A DNA stretch of 50,594 nt, the filler included, from Sphacelaria rigidula (taxonomy: Eukaryota), in the NCBI GenBank assembly GCA_964200075.2. It is 3 parts of 3 records of this genome, joined end to end, with 100 filler letters (N's around TTAATTAATTAA, not from the genome) between each part and the next. Parts side by side here need not be neighbours in the genome. Positions count along the whole stretch, not along the records: positions 1 to 16,806 come from CAXNAA020001252.1; positions 16,907 to 33,706 come from CAXNAA020001253.1; 1 more part is not named here. One strand, given 5' to 3'. Of the stretch, positions 13,430 through 25,511 are shown in pieces. The first letter of the stretch is position 1, and the number at the start of each line of letters is the position of its first letter. Below the pieces are notes generated by a model. The model searched no databases and was not told the DNA's origin. It saw only the letters and a program-made list of their open reading frames with translations. Made by a program: the position numbers and the translations under genes.

Positions 13430-13625
13430 TCTGGACGCCGGTCTACACCTTTCGGTACATGTGGGCGCACCAGCCGGGGTCACACAGGAGGAAGGCCAAA
13501 ACAGGAGTTCTTTCTTATTTTGTATGTTTTAGTTCTCCACCTTCCTTCTGCGGTGCTTGCCTTCTATTTTTTATGGCGAGAGGGATTCAGCAGCCCCTTT
13601 ACCTCGTCGACCGTTAAGTCGAATG
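13430..13625 (+). repeat. Dispersed repeat family D (SINE/LINE-tail-like)
   Basis: TGTGGGCGCACCAGCCGGGGTCACACAGGAGGAAGG..ACAGGAG...CCACCTTCCTTCTGCGGTGCTTGCCTT...GCGAGAGGG.TTCAGCAG. Other copies at ~23640-23705, ~39795-39890 (inverted), ~45205-45250 and 50430-50594. Confidence 0.75.
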
Positions 13626-16379
13626 TTTGTATACAACATGAAAATGTATACCACGTGAAGCGCAAACTACAAAATTGTACCGCAAACAACTAACATCTGA
13701 TCCGTGAAGGATTGCAAGCGAAAGTTTTCTGGTCAGAAATCGCCAGCACTTCGTGGTAACGCGAACTCTCGCGCATTTTAAGTGTCACCTGCCGATCTTT
13801 TGGGTCACGTAGAGTGACCGCAGTATACTGCTTTCAACGTACACCCGAACGACTTTCATCCGGCTGGATCGATGACGACTGAACAATCCAGGACACATGA
13901 TCTTACATGGGTATATCGTTGTGTAAGCACAGATACACGTTCATCAAATGGAGTGGCGTGAGATACTGAATCTAGTACACTACGCTGGCGGACCTGCCCA
14001 CTACAGAATGGTGACGACCTTGACGTGCACCGACAGTATTGACGCGCCTCTGACCATGAAGAACGCTGGAAAAAGCACCGCATCAAAGACCCAAAACATC
14101 ATAACACGAGAATACACAAGAGTGCAAGCATCCGAACGTCTCGCCAAAATAATGACGTCCGCTGTTGGCTCTCAATACTTTACGAGCCGAACCGTAAAGT
14201 GCTCGAGTTATACTCTTATGTGTACTCTGATATACTCATGTACATGCGTATTTATACACCGCTGTTGTATCTGACAATGAGAACCTTGTCTCCTCCGTCC
14301 CACGTACTCGGCCACCACCTCGAAACTCCAGCCATCAGCTGTGAGACTAGCGGTAAAACAAAACGAGACGAGGGTACACTTCCTGCCTGCAGGGCTGTGT
14401 AAGAAAACAATAGCGCCGATGAGTCCGCCTGCCTACAAATATTTGAAAATTCAGACGTCAACAGTAGTGAGAGCTTCTACATCGTCCCATGTCCTTGCTA
14501 TAAACGCCATAGAGGCATACTGCGGTAGTCATGAATCCGGTGAAACGTCACATGTTTCGATACCCCATGCTGTTCGGGGGGGGGGGGGGGTATCCGCTAT
14601 AAGCGCTTTTTCATTCCTTAATTGTTAAAGTGCCGGTGTGCCGTATCGATATACCTACCTTAGAGTGGGATCCTCGTCGTCCCCATCCCACGTCCCTCCC
14701 CCAACTCCCCGGCCTACAGGGCTGCGCAACGACGATGCCGCAGCGGTCATGCCGAAGGCACCACCAGTGCGTCCGAAACGTGACGGAGATCCAGCTGCTG
14801 CGCGGCTGTTGGTAGTAAACAAATGGAGGATGGAGAGGGTAGACATGGCCATGGGCTACAGAGATAGAGTGAAAAAGATGACGATCTACAGAAACGTCAT
14901 TGAGATTTTCGGAACGCTCGGCTCAGCTAAATTCACCCGCGAGCATTGTTGGGGCATCGTTGAAATCACCAAGGGTAGATTGGGTAGGGTATAACCCCAT
15001 GTTTTGGTCATTTGGAAAGTCGCACATCACCTGCCTAAGTCAGTGACAACAGCTTTGTAGCGGGGAACAGCAGCACCGGGCTGGCTGCTGCTGTAGGCAT
15101 GGGTAGGATCTCCACTTTCCAAAATATCACGATATCGGGTATACCCTTTCCGACTTGCCCTTGGAAATCATTCATTCTTCGTCGTAGTTGACGGTTACGC
15201 GGAGCGCGCCCCGCACGATGATGGACGGCGATGGTGTCCACACTACGTTGCTTCAAGATTGTCATACTTCCCCTATGACCTGCACGTGCTCGTAGTGGTA
15301 GAGAACATGACTGAGCACACAACCAGACATGTAGTCTTGTGGACGCCAATATCAGAGTAGACATTATTACGCATGTGTATACACAACTTCATTGATCATG
15401 TACTGGAGTGTGGGATGGTAATTCGCGGCAACTCAACAAGCACAGCAAGCATCGCTTGTCCGAGGTATCGAGTGGGAACACCACGAGTCGCGATCCCCGC
15501 GCGATCCCCCCCATCTCCTCCTTTCCCCCGAACGTGCTATCCTGGACAGTTAATTTCGGAACAGCAACAAGAACGGTTGGTCACTTGAGACAACGCACCC
15601 GCCAAAAGTCTCGGCACCCCGAAACACGCCTCCTATTTGACCCCCAGCTGTATGATTAAGGGTCCCACCAAACGTATTGCTCAAAGATATGGCTGCAGCA
15701 GTGGCGGCGAGACCTCCCCCGTTCATTGCGACCGTGTCCTGAAATACTTTACGGTGCTGGCAGTGGCGTATGCGCCTGCGACAGTCACGTTACCGGGGGG
15801 GGAAACGGGATAAGCGGGGGGCATTGCGGCGGGAACACATGAACGACGATGAACAACAAAACCGGGATATGTCACACCAATTAACACGCACATTGTTACC
15901 TAGTTATTCAAACCAAGACTTTCGACACACCTTTGCCAGTTATCTAGTGTATATGCTACACCTTGCAGCTTCAAGTGTACCTGAGGGAGGAAACAAATTA
16001 ACTTGTCCATATGTAGCAAAAATGAGAAGGGGTTATAAAATAGTTTCCCCCAAGTATACGCGGTTTTACTACCACACTGTGAGCAGGATACCGCAACATG
16101 TTACGTACGCCGTACGGTACAAAACTGCAGGTCAATCAAACGTAGAGATAACATGTATTCTATCGTGCACAAAATGGTACTGTAAAGCACTATGTACACA
16201 CGACACGAAACAAAGGACTCAAGATATATGTGATCAACAACGCGTAGTGGGTAAGCGAGTGTATCGTCAAAACATTAACTTTCGAAAACATAAAACGTAT
16301 CGTTACGATATGCTCGGACGTTACATAACCTTAGATGCCTAGGCGAGTGACCACAACAGGAGTATTCCGCACAGAGATG

Positions 16380-17055
16380 GTGTACTCATTATCTTGCATG
16401 CCAGAGCCATACGACCATTGACCTCGCATCCCTACAAAGCTTGAACGGAGCACGCCGGGTTTTTGCCGGACCAGGCTCACAATCGATCACCAAGCGCGAA
16501 GCGCCGTGATGTGTTCGGCGAGTCGCATGAAGGGAGAGGTGCACCTTGCCAAGCTTGTTCGACCCGAAGCATACTGATTATCGTGTATTTGGATGACAGC
16601 TTACAATGGGTTCCTCCATTTCCTGGTACCACCATTTCCAGAGACAGAGGTTCCACACTGCCTCATGGGACACTTTCTACGATAGCCCCCCCCCAAAAAA
16701 ACCCAGCTAAAAGTGTCACGAAAAAAATGGCCATACAGCGCCTGATGTTCGGGTTCAGGCTGCATGGAGCACCTCATGTTGGCGATATTGGCTAGAACGA
16801 ACCCAANNNNNNNNNNNNNNNNNNNNNNNNNNNNNNNNNNNNNNNNNNNNTTAATTAATTAANNNNNNNNNNNNNNNNNNNNNNNNNNNNNNNNNNNNNN
16901 NNNNNNCGCATGAAGGGTGAGCTGCATCCTGCTAAGATTGTTCGGCCCGAAGCCTACTGATTATCTTGCATCGGGATGACAGCCTCCAATGAGTTGTTTC
17001 AGTTTGTGGTATCGCCACTTACAGAGACAGCCACGGGTTCCACACTGCCCTATGG
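16380..17055. repeat. Family C copies on both sides of scaffold gap
   Basis: The sequence after the gap (CGCATGAAGGGTGAGCTGCATCCTG...) repeats 16524-16670 with divergence. Confidence 0.75.
16807..16906. other. Scaffold gap with artificial TTAATTAATTAA linker
   Basis: 44 N + TTAATTAATTAA + 44 N. The linker places stops in all six frames. Confidence 0.95.
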
Positions 17056-17299
17056 GTGTCTCACCAAAGGAACGGGGAGGGAGGGGTGTGTGGGGGGGGG
17101 TTGCCAAGGCATAGGGACAAGGGGCGTTTATACAAGGGTGTACGAAGGTTGTTGGGGCTCAAGTACCCATTGAATCAAGAGAGTAGCGTGCGCAAGATGT
17201 GCGCAGTAGTAGAGAGCGGGAAAAGCGCACTTCAAGACAACACATGAGACGCGTGCCGCTTCAAGAGGAAGCGTGGTTTTTGGTTAGGCTGACGCTTGC

Positions 17300-20200
17300 C
17301 TGCAGCATAATAATGTCCGAGTCGTACTCCCTGAGCTCCCTCAACACCACTTGCATGCGGTAGTCAGCCTCACGGTATTTCTTGGGACAGTAGGTGTACA
17401 ACATCTCGTCGGCCTGAGCGGACGTACAGTACCTGTTATGTTTTGTTTTCATGTTTGCCGCAAGGAAGAGGAGGAATACATCATCAAAGAGTGTGAAAAG
17501 TACCAGGAAGTGAAGGTGTTTTCTCACATGAACGAAAAACAAAAACAAAAAGCAAGGAAAAACAATTACCACACAAGTTCGGGGGTACTAATACTGAGAA
17601 GCTATGCAGAGCGCTTTATACCCACCTCTACTGCCCCCCCCCACAAATTAAAGACCACATGGACCGAGCTCTGTAACATCTGCGGCCAGCAGCAGGTAAT
17701 GGATTGGGCCTCTAAAACAAATTGACATACGTACGCATCATCCGCTCGTAGACTTTCAAGATATTTGCAGTAGTGCGCATGCGAATCATGTTTTGGGGAC
17801 GCGGGGTTAGGATCCGCCACCGTCGCTATACTCCGACCTCACCACCCCTCCCTCCCCCTCCCCCCCCACCCTTCAGCGGGTGCTCCGTCTCGAGAGGGAT
17901 GCGTAGTCAATGGTCAAAGGTTCAAGGCAAGCAACTAATGAGTATGCCCCCTCCCCCTCCCGTGTTGCGAGCAGGCGGAAGGGGGGGTGTACTGATGACT
18001 ATGGCATGCGTGATCATGAGAACACCCCCCCTTCCGCCTGCTCGCAACACGAGGTGGGTTAGCGGTAGTTGAGCTACATTATATCCATGGTTGTCACATT
18101 TTACAAATATCGCTAACCCTAACCCTAACCCTAACCCCAACCCCAACGCAAACAGAGAACCCTCGGGCAATGGATGTGCATAGGGATCCCCAGGCAACGT
18201 GGGGGCGTCGATAGACTTCAAATAATCGGCGCCTCTGGCGCCGATATGGTGTCGCCTTTTTGGACGAAAACGCATTCTGCGCACGCTAGGAGCACACGGG
18301 ACTGTCAAGTTCCACCCACTAAAGATCCGATTATTCTCGTCCCCACTCAAATTAAGTCAAATATATCAACTGCGGGTAGATTGTAGCAGCCCAACTCCGA
18401 TACTACTCTACTTACTGCGCAACACGCTCACATATCGGCAAGGATGTTGTAGCATGTCACTCGAAGACGGCGCTTGTTATTGCTCTTGTAGCTGCTGCTG
18501 CTGCCGCTGCTGCTACCGCTGCTGCCGTCTGCCACAGCTCCACCAGTATTGCAGCCTGGATACAGAGATGTTCCTGATTCCAACCACTGCCGCCGCAGGG
18601 TCAACAAGCTTGGCTCGGGGCCTGTCCTGGTCGGATTCATCAGAATCCGCACCACGGGCCGCCCTCGTCTCCCGTCTGCACCCACAGGCGTGCACCTGTT
18701 GCAGTGTACGTTTTGAGGGGTGCAAATGGCGGGAGCCGGGGGAGGGGGAGGGGGGGGGGGGGGGACTCATGAGCTTAGATGCACTCGTCAGGGGAAGATT
18801 GACCTCGGAACGACAAGAACCCGGGACGGGGCACGCCGGGTTCTCGTCGGACTAGGCTCGCACTCAATCACCAACCGCGAAGCACCGTGATGTGTTCGGC
18901 GAGTCGCATGAGGGGTGAGCTTGTTCGGCGCGAAGCGTACCCATTATCTTCCATGTGTGTTTGCCGGTTATAGGTAGGGGAGGGGGGGGTCAAATACAGC
19001 ACAGGTCAACTCCTGCTCGCACGAGCTTTACCATCATCATGACTTCGTCAACCCCCTCCCCCTCCCCAAGAGACTGTGATTTTAACTCACGATTCATCTC
19101 ACCAATCTCGTGCCCACCACCTCTCCTGGAGGGGAGACGGGGGGACGGGGGGGTCTGAGGGAGGGGACGACGGGCATGTGCAAGGAGGGGAGCGTTGACA
19201 AGCGGACAGATCTATACGTGCAGCCCATGTTGCGGGATGACTATGCTGACGATCACTTATGCAGGCACCGACCGGAACGGTGATTGACGTCCTTGTCGAG
19301 CAATGCCAGTGCAAAGCCCACCGCAACTCTTATATCCGTTCTTGTTCAGAGAGGTACACGCACGCAGCAGGATTCGTGTATGACATCTGTGCTGCCAGCT
19401 ACGTCCCCTCCGGTGAACTTGATGCGAGGAAAAACATTTCATGCTCAAACAGTACATACATCGCACAGCACCGCAGCAGTACAAGATGTGAAAGCAACCA
19501 GTGAGGAGTTTCGCCCCGTAAGCTAGCTCCCTTGCGCTTGCTTTAGTGAGACAGTTCTACGGAAACGAGACTGTCCTACGGAAACGAAGTGAGATCGAAA
19601 TTGTATGAAAGTATTCATGGTTCGGACAAATCATTGCCGGTTCGAATAACCAAATCCACTATTTTTCAGGCCTGGTTGCTCCCAAGAGAAAAAAAAAGTT
19701 GACTGCTGATCAAGAAAGGTCTCCACGCAACTTTTTCGCCATTCCACGTGCCTGGGCTGCGCGTACCTGGGTTGCAACGCTGAGAACAAAGCCGAAGGAT
19801 TGATTCGTACGGTACAAATCAATCACACTAAAATCAAGTAATTTCCAGACGAGTTATTCATTTGTCCGACCCTTGGAAGTGTTGCAATAAGTACCGCGTC
19901 GAAGGTACCACACCCTGGCTGGATGATAACAATACATGGTCAATAGATGCAGTGGACGAAAAATGTACTGGATAAAGTATGGGCCTATTGCAACAACTAC
20001 TGTCGGTCGACAATAGTTGCAATAGGCCTACACTTTACCCAGTACATTTTTGTCCAATGTATGTATTGACCATATATTGTCAATCATCCAGGGTGTGAAA
20101 TGTACCTTTGAACCGTTGGAAAGTACGTTTGATGGGTACAAGTTGCAATACTATATACACAATTTCGACCTCAGTGTGATCCGAACGAAAAATCTCGTTC

Positions 20201-23200
20201 CCATTTTGCAGAAGGATGCCGCGTTAATTGCTCTTTCTGTCCGCATGGAACCAGGAGCCTGTTCGTATATGTACAGGGGGGTGTGCTGTTCCTTACTACG
20301 GTACATTGCTTTCCGAGCTGATATTGTTAACACACCTGATCATGAGCCGTCGGCCAACATCCCCGTCCCCTGGGGTGTACAAGCTGGACCTTCCGACCAC
20401 TTCGGTGAAGTCTGACCAAAACACAGGGCGCATGCATACAAACCCACGCACACACGCACGCACGCACACGAATGCGAGAGGCCTGCTTCATGAGTCGCCC
20501 ATGGCGTCACATGCGGGCGGGCTGGGCAACAACAGTGATTTTCTGACACAAAATACTACTGCGACTTCACCAACCGCTCCCTCACGAGATTTTTTATTTC
20601 AACCCCTGATTCGTTTCACTACTCTCATGCTTAACCCTCAACTCCTACAAACGATGGGCAATAGAATTTCAGCAGTTTGCCGGGCGCTCTTTGTATAAGG
20701 AACTCTTGTCCATCTACAGCGAAAAACCTGTTGCCGAACAAGGCGCACAACATGGAGACGACCCGCCTTTTCAGGATACAGACCCCCCCCCCCCCCTCCC
20801 CCCTCCTCGCCATTACCTTCCCCGAACCTCGCCAGAGAGAAAAAATTAATTAAACATCGACCCCACCTGCTCTCACCCACGATCCTGACGAACCCCCTTT
20901 CATCCTCACCTACACCGCAAGCAGCAGCAGCACTCTTCTTCCCTGTTTGTCCCGCTCCTTTCTTCCCTTTCCCCCCAGCAGCAGCAGTAGCAGCAGCACC
21001 GGTGCTGCTTCCCTTATGTCCCCCTCGGGAAGCCTTGCTCTCCTGTCCTCCGGCAACAACAACCTCTTCCTCCACGCCCTTGTCGCTCTCCCGCAGCCAC
21101 TCCCACTCCATGCCACTACCGAACTCTAGCTCGGCGCGCGCCACAATCGCGAAGCCACTCATGGGAAGGGCAATGGGACACTCGAGGAGAGTCACGGCTG
21201 GGGGGTTGAGCACGACCTCCAGCTCCAGGTACGACGACGACGGCGGTGTAAAACCATCGCCGCTACTACCGTGTGAACCCTCTGCGGCCTCCGCCCTAAC
21301 GGCCTCCGTCCCAGCCGCCGCCGCCGCGGCTGGTGCTAGGGTGCCGACACTGTCGGCACCTCTTGCCGACGGTGGTGTCACCTTCTCGTCGGTCGCTCTG
21401 TCGTTTGGAGTTGTCGACGCCACCACTCCGGCGTCTGGTGGTGGAGGCGGGGGTGTCGGTGCTCCTCTCGTCACCGAAGCGGACGATAGGGTCGAGGGGA
21501 CGGCGGAAGGCGGCAGCGAGAGCGGACCTATGCGCACGATCAAGCCACCACCGCCGCCGCCGGTGGTGCCAGGGGAAGAAGGAGCCCCGTCCCGGCACAG
21601 CTTTAACCATCCATCGCCGTTAAGAGCACCGTCGAGCTACATGCGCGTTTGATAGTGGGGTTCGCGATAGGGGTAAGCGTTGGTTTCCTCGAAATTTGCG
21701 CTGTCCCCCAACAACGACACGTCGTCGTGTTGCTTTCACAAACCCCGAGGGCACGCGGAAAAGCACTCGAGTAAATGCAACAAATATACAACGGTGTTGA
21801 CTACGATGTGAGACGAGGTTGTAGCCGATCGGGATGGCGCTTCTGTAGGCCAAAAACACATACCCTCACAACGGCGAGAAGAAAAAAAAATGAAAGAAAA
21901 TGAAAAGCTGGTGGTCTCAAGTCCTCCTCGTTGGCAAGAATTCAAGCGAGGTCCTTAGCTCTGCTGCACCGCACCGCACCCTCCCGACTTCCAAGTAAGA
22001 AAAATCCGTCATGACGAAGGTATTGATTTTTTCTTCATCTCCGCCCTTTGTTCGTATGATATCCCTCGTCATTCTCACGAAAACACTGTAGCAAAGAGAT
22101 GGATGGACCCCCTTCAGAGAAAACGAACTCATCCTAAGGGGCGGGGGGAGTGAAAACATGTATGACGAAAACAAAGTAAAAGAAAAGAGATGCGAGAACG
22201 GTCCTACATACACAAGTACACAGCTTGAAAAAAGCGGCTCTCTGCATACACCTTAACGCACCTCCCCTCCTCCTCTGCACGCACACACAAGAACATACGC
22301 AAACACACAGAGACGCACACACCTCGATCGCTTCCCCTGTAGCCGTCGACACGAGCGTGGCCGTTACTGCCCCTCCTGCATCGCCGCTCGCCGGTGCCGT
22401 CACCGCCTCCTTTGGGCGTTTCTTACCGCCGTTACGGGGTCCGCCGCCACCACCCCCGCCGCTGCTCTTCTTCTGCCGCTTTCGGAGAGTGAGCGCCAGT
22501 CGGCGCAGAGTGTTGGCGATGTCGTCGGTGCTGGACCTGAGTATTTTGGGGTTTGATTTTCGACGTTTGTTCATTGAGGGCAGGGGAACATGTTTTTGTT
22601 TCAGGTGCTGCTCAGAAAACATCGCAAACAAGTCGGGCTATAGTAAGTAGAGTACAGCGGTGGATGCTGTGTTGTCATGGTGTTACGTTGCTATGGAAAG
22701 GTATCCCACAGTAAACTTCTCGAGGTAGGTGGACAACAGGAAGAGGGACGATGCTTCACACGGGTAGAGCGGTGAACATACGCGGCGCCAACCTGCCCAT
22801 ACACGTGAGATCTAATTGCATCCCTACAGCGACCGCTGGTCAGATTGATGTGTTTTTGTTCCCACCCAAACTCGATGTTCCCTTGCGTGTTTTATATTCC
22901 GGGTGCACTCAATTGAAAAGCAGCTCGTTACTTAATGCCTCTAGACGACGTAGATTAAACCAGGATCAACGCGGTTCATAACGGCGACACATGAAGGAAG
23001 AAAAGCGACCTTATTTATACTTAAGTTGCGACCAACCAGGCGGGTGCGGGGTTGTTTCACATATCGAATCTTGACGCGCCCCTTCGAAAACCCCGCAATT
23101 ACTAGTTAACCAAGACCGTTCGAAGGAACGGTCAACAGTGCCACCGCCGCACGGTACGAAGTCAATATCATGACGTCCGGCCAATGCTCGACACCACGCA

Positions 23201-24761
23201 GCAGATAGCGGGAGATCTGACAGTATATACGTAGCAGCGAATACACGAGGATCGCATGTAGCACATGAGTGTACAGAGTGCACAAGCGATTCCCCTGTGT
23301 AGTGAAGCGTTGGCGCGGTGTGATGCACAGTACGGTACGATCCGCTTCAAAATAGAGGGTGGCACCGAGCCCCATGCATGTGGTTCCCCACACGAACATC
23401 TAAAATAATCAAGAATGGGCAAAAGGCAAAAGCTGGTACAGTCCCCCATATTTCAGCCAAAATGTAGGCACAGTTAACCGCGCAAGTTGGAGCTGTCCGT
23501 GCCAGGCCCAAACCACTCAAATATCTATCCCCACCCGAAAGCAAGGCGCCCACAGCCCATGCAGAGCATGTGCGCCAACTTCCCCGCAAAAAAGAGGGTG
23601 GTTTTATGGCGGAACAGCGCCGCGGGAAACAAGGGCCGTGCAGTGTACCCCACCTTCCTTCTGCGGTGCTTGCCTTTATTTTTTATCGCGAGAGGGGTTC
23701 AGCAGGGGACTGTACCAGCTTTTGTCTCTTGTCCAAAAACAAATATCAGCACACCGAACGTGAACAGTACTACGTTGATACATACACGTGCAACTAGTCA
23801 GGAGAACAGGCACGGTACCCATCATAAAAGCTGTTCTTTGGAAGGACGCTGGGAAGTAGGAGAGGAGTAGCGCTCTTTTGGTGTATGCTATCCGGCTGTA
23901 TCGCTCCAGTAAGCAGCAGCAGCACCCGCAGCTGCATTGCGAGCTAGGCTGTTGTGCAGCAGCGAACACACAGGTCGCCCACACCGCGCTAACGGCGCAC
24001 ATTTGCGGCTGGCGCACAGACGGCTGAGGCGAAGCCGATAACCACCGCCAGTGTAGGCATAGCGTGGGCATAGCGTGATAGTACTATTTATGAATTACAA
24101 CACAAGGAGTGGACAAGGATACCGTCAGGTACGGCAAAAGATACTCCCCCCGCCCTCTCGTGGTGCATGACCATTTGTGGACATAGAAACCGGCACTACA
24201 CGGCACTACTCGTACATGAAATAAGTTGAATGAGAACAATTTTTGACCGGCCAGCACCAAACGAAATATCTTGTACGCATGGGCTTGATGCCTGGTGAGT
24301 CCTGTGATCATGAAGCTGGAATGGCCCATGACATGTTGTACAAAAGTATGGTGCTGATTGACTCGCATACAATATGCACTCTTCAGTATAGGGAACAATT
24401 GCGCAGTGAGGATTACGACTCAGCCCACCGTAGGATACATAGAGTACATGGAGACCAGTCTGAAACACGTCTCTATTGCATACAACACGAGCGACTATAC
24501 TATCTACACAGTACGGTGTACAGTGGACTCGTCCGACAACCACTACAATACGGTCGTGCCATGTCGGCGGCGGCACCTGTTGAGAGTGACGACACTGCCG
24601 TCCATCAGGGAAAGATACAGATTGACGGTGTCCTCCCCCGTGATGCATCTCACGTGAAGCTCCAGCCTTTTTCCCGGCTCGCCATCGTCACGGCATTGAA
24701 TTTTTTCTCCGCCGTTTACTCCGCCACCGCATCCACCACAGGCCTCCATTGGTTCCACCAT
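17300..24761 (-). CDS. PDE12: 2',5'-phosphodiesterase 12 / CCR4-like EEP-family deadenylase, 5' six exons (~533 aa); 3' catalytic exons not found
   Basis: Exons 24577-24761, 22323-22536, 20910-21636, 20336-20411, 18432-18695 and 17300-17432 are phase-consistent. PDE12-type motifs: LHVRCITGEDTVNLYLSLMDGSVVTLNR|SSTDDIANTLRRL, LNGDGW, VVLNPP, EWEWLR, LYTPGDGDVGRRLMIR|CTP, LRVTCYNILADM|Y, LYTYCPKKYREADYRMQVVLRELREYDSDIIMLQ. A small upstream exon (24862-24915) is possible. Confidence 0.85.
17961..18051. other. Near-perfect intronic hairpin (30-bp perfect stem; pre-miRNA-like or foldback)
   Basis: CGTGTTGCGAGCAGGCGGAAGGGGGGGTGT (17961-17990) pairs perfectly with ACACCCCCCCTTCCGCCTGCTCGCAACACG (18022-18051), with a 31-nt partly paired loop. 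It lies in a PDE12 intron. Confidence 0.75.
18113..18147 (-). repeat. Interstitial telomere-like (TTAGGG)n tract
   Basis: CTAACC CTAACC CTAACC CTAACC CCAACC CCAAC. Degenerate relatives at ~4575-4620, ~32441-32455 and ~48172-48186. Confidence 0.6.
18765..18955. repeat. Family C copy in PDE12 intron
   Basis: GCACGCCGGGTTCTCGTCGGACTAGGCTCGCACTCAATCACCAACCGCGAAGCACCGTGATGTGTTCGGCGAGTCGCATGAGGGG. Confidence 0.75.
19902..20108. mobile_element. Palindromic (foldback) MITE family A, copy 1
   Basis: Imperfect ~200-bp palindrome centred on TGTCGGTCGACA (~20001-20012), with arms CACACCCTGG..ATGGTCAATA..AAATGTACTG..AAAGT..GGCCTATTGCAAC. Confidence 0.75.
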
Positions 24762-25511
24762 GTCTCGCCAGAGCGTCTCGATGGATAGCTCGAATATACA
24801 CGGTTGGAGAAGAAGATGACCACATGAACGGGTACAGCGATTGGAATATGGTCAGTGTTACCTTGTACCAGTAGGAGCTGTGTGATAACGAGTGCCGCAT
24901 CATATCATGTCGCATATGTTAACCCTCTAGCCAGGCAGAGAGTAAAGATCATCAATTTTCTCTTCGATCTTGGGGGCCTGATTGGGGGCATTTGAGACCT
25001 ATGTGGTATGGAACTATAATTTCACCGACGGGACTCCAAATATTGATAATCTAGTGTGGCGAATACATGCGGCACAATGTGCACAACCAACCTTTCAGCT
25101 CTAGGTGCCCTGCCTCTCCGCTGCATCTGAAGTAGGCCACTTGAAACCGATAATAGCCTACGGTATATATTGGTTGGGACGCTTTGGGGTTTTGCAGGCA
25201 GATTTTAGCGGGAAATCAAACGACATCGCACCGATATCAAGTCGGCGCCGCGGGTGTGCCAAATACTGCCTGAAACACCCGCGGATATACCTGGATGCCG
25301 GTCGAGCTGGCTATTGTAGTGAGCAACAACAGCGTGACCGAAACGTAAAATAGATCACAAGCTTGCGTGGGTGCTTGCACCGGAACTGAGTTAGGCTGCT
25401 CAAAGGGGAGAAATCATCACGGCCAACGAACAAAACAACAGATTTTTGGGCAGCCGCACACAGCACCAACACGCTAGCGCACGAAGGTAAGGTAGAGCCA
25501 CTGTTGCCATC
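24762..25511. promoter_or_regulatory. Putative bidirectional promoter region between PDE12 (-) and RRP42 (+)
   Basis: The divergent start codons are only ~0.6-0.75 kb apart in an otherwise spacious, intron-rich region. Inferred from gene arrangement only. Confidence 0.5.

Noticed and set aside
14930..15030. Minus-strand LGDFNDAP peptide as a PDE12 catalytic exon
   Set aside because: It lacks the preceding hydrophobic beta-strand and no neighbouring EEP exons were found, so it is probably chance.
16851..16862. TTAATTAATTAA motif inside N runs (also 33751-33762)
   Set aside because: Artificial scaffolding linker, not biological.
17990..18025. Hammerhead ribozyme from CTGATGA (also 691, 33367, 37432)
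   Set aside because: No correctly placed GAAA core with stems II/III could be built.
21002..21652. 216-aa plus-strand ORF (and 46191-46865)
   Set aside because: Antisense shadows of GC-rich PDE12 and ankyrin exons.
23676..24071. ORF MPTLCLHW... plus segment 23117-23216 as first exons of PDE12
   Set aside because: They are phase-compatible but have a poor donor (GTCTTG). Exon 24577-24761 matches the PDE12 N-terminal motif far better and has a good donor.
24243..24788. 181-aa plus-strand ORF
   Set aside because: Overlaps PDE12 exon 1 antisense and has no recognisable domain.
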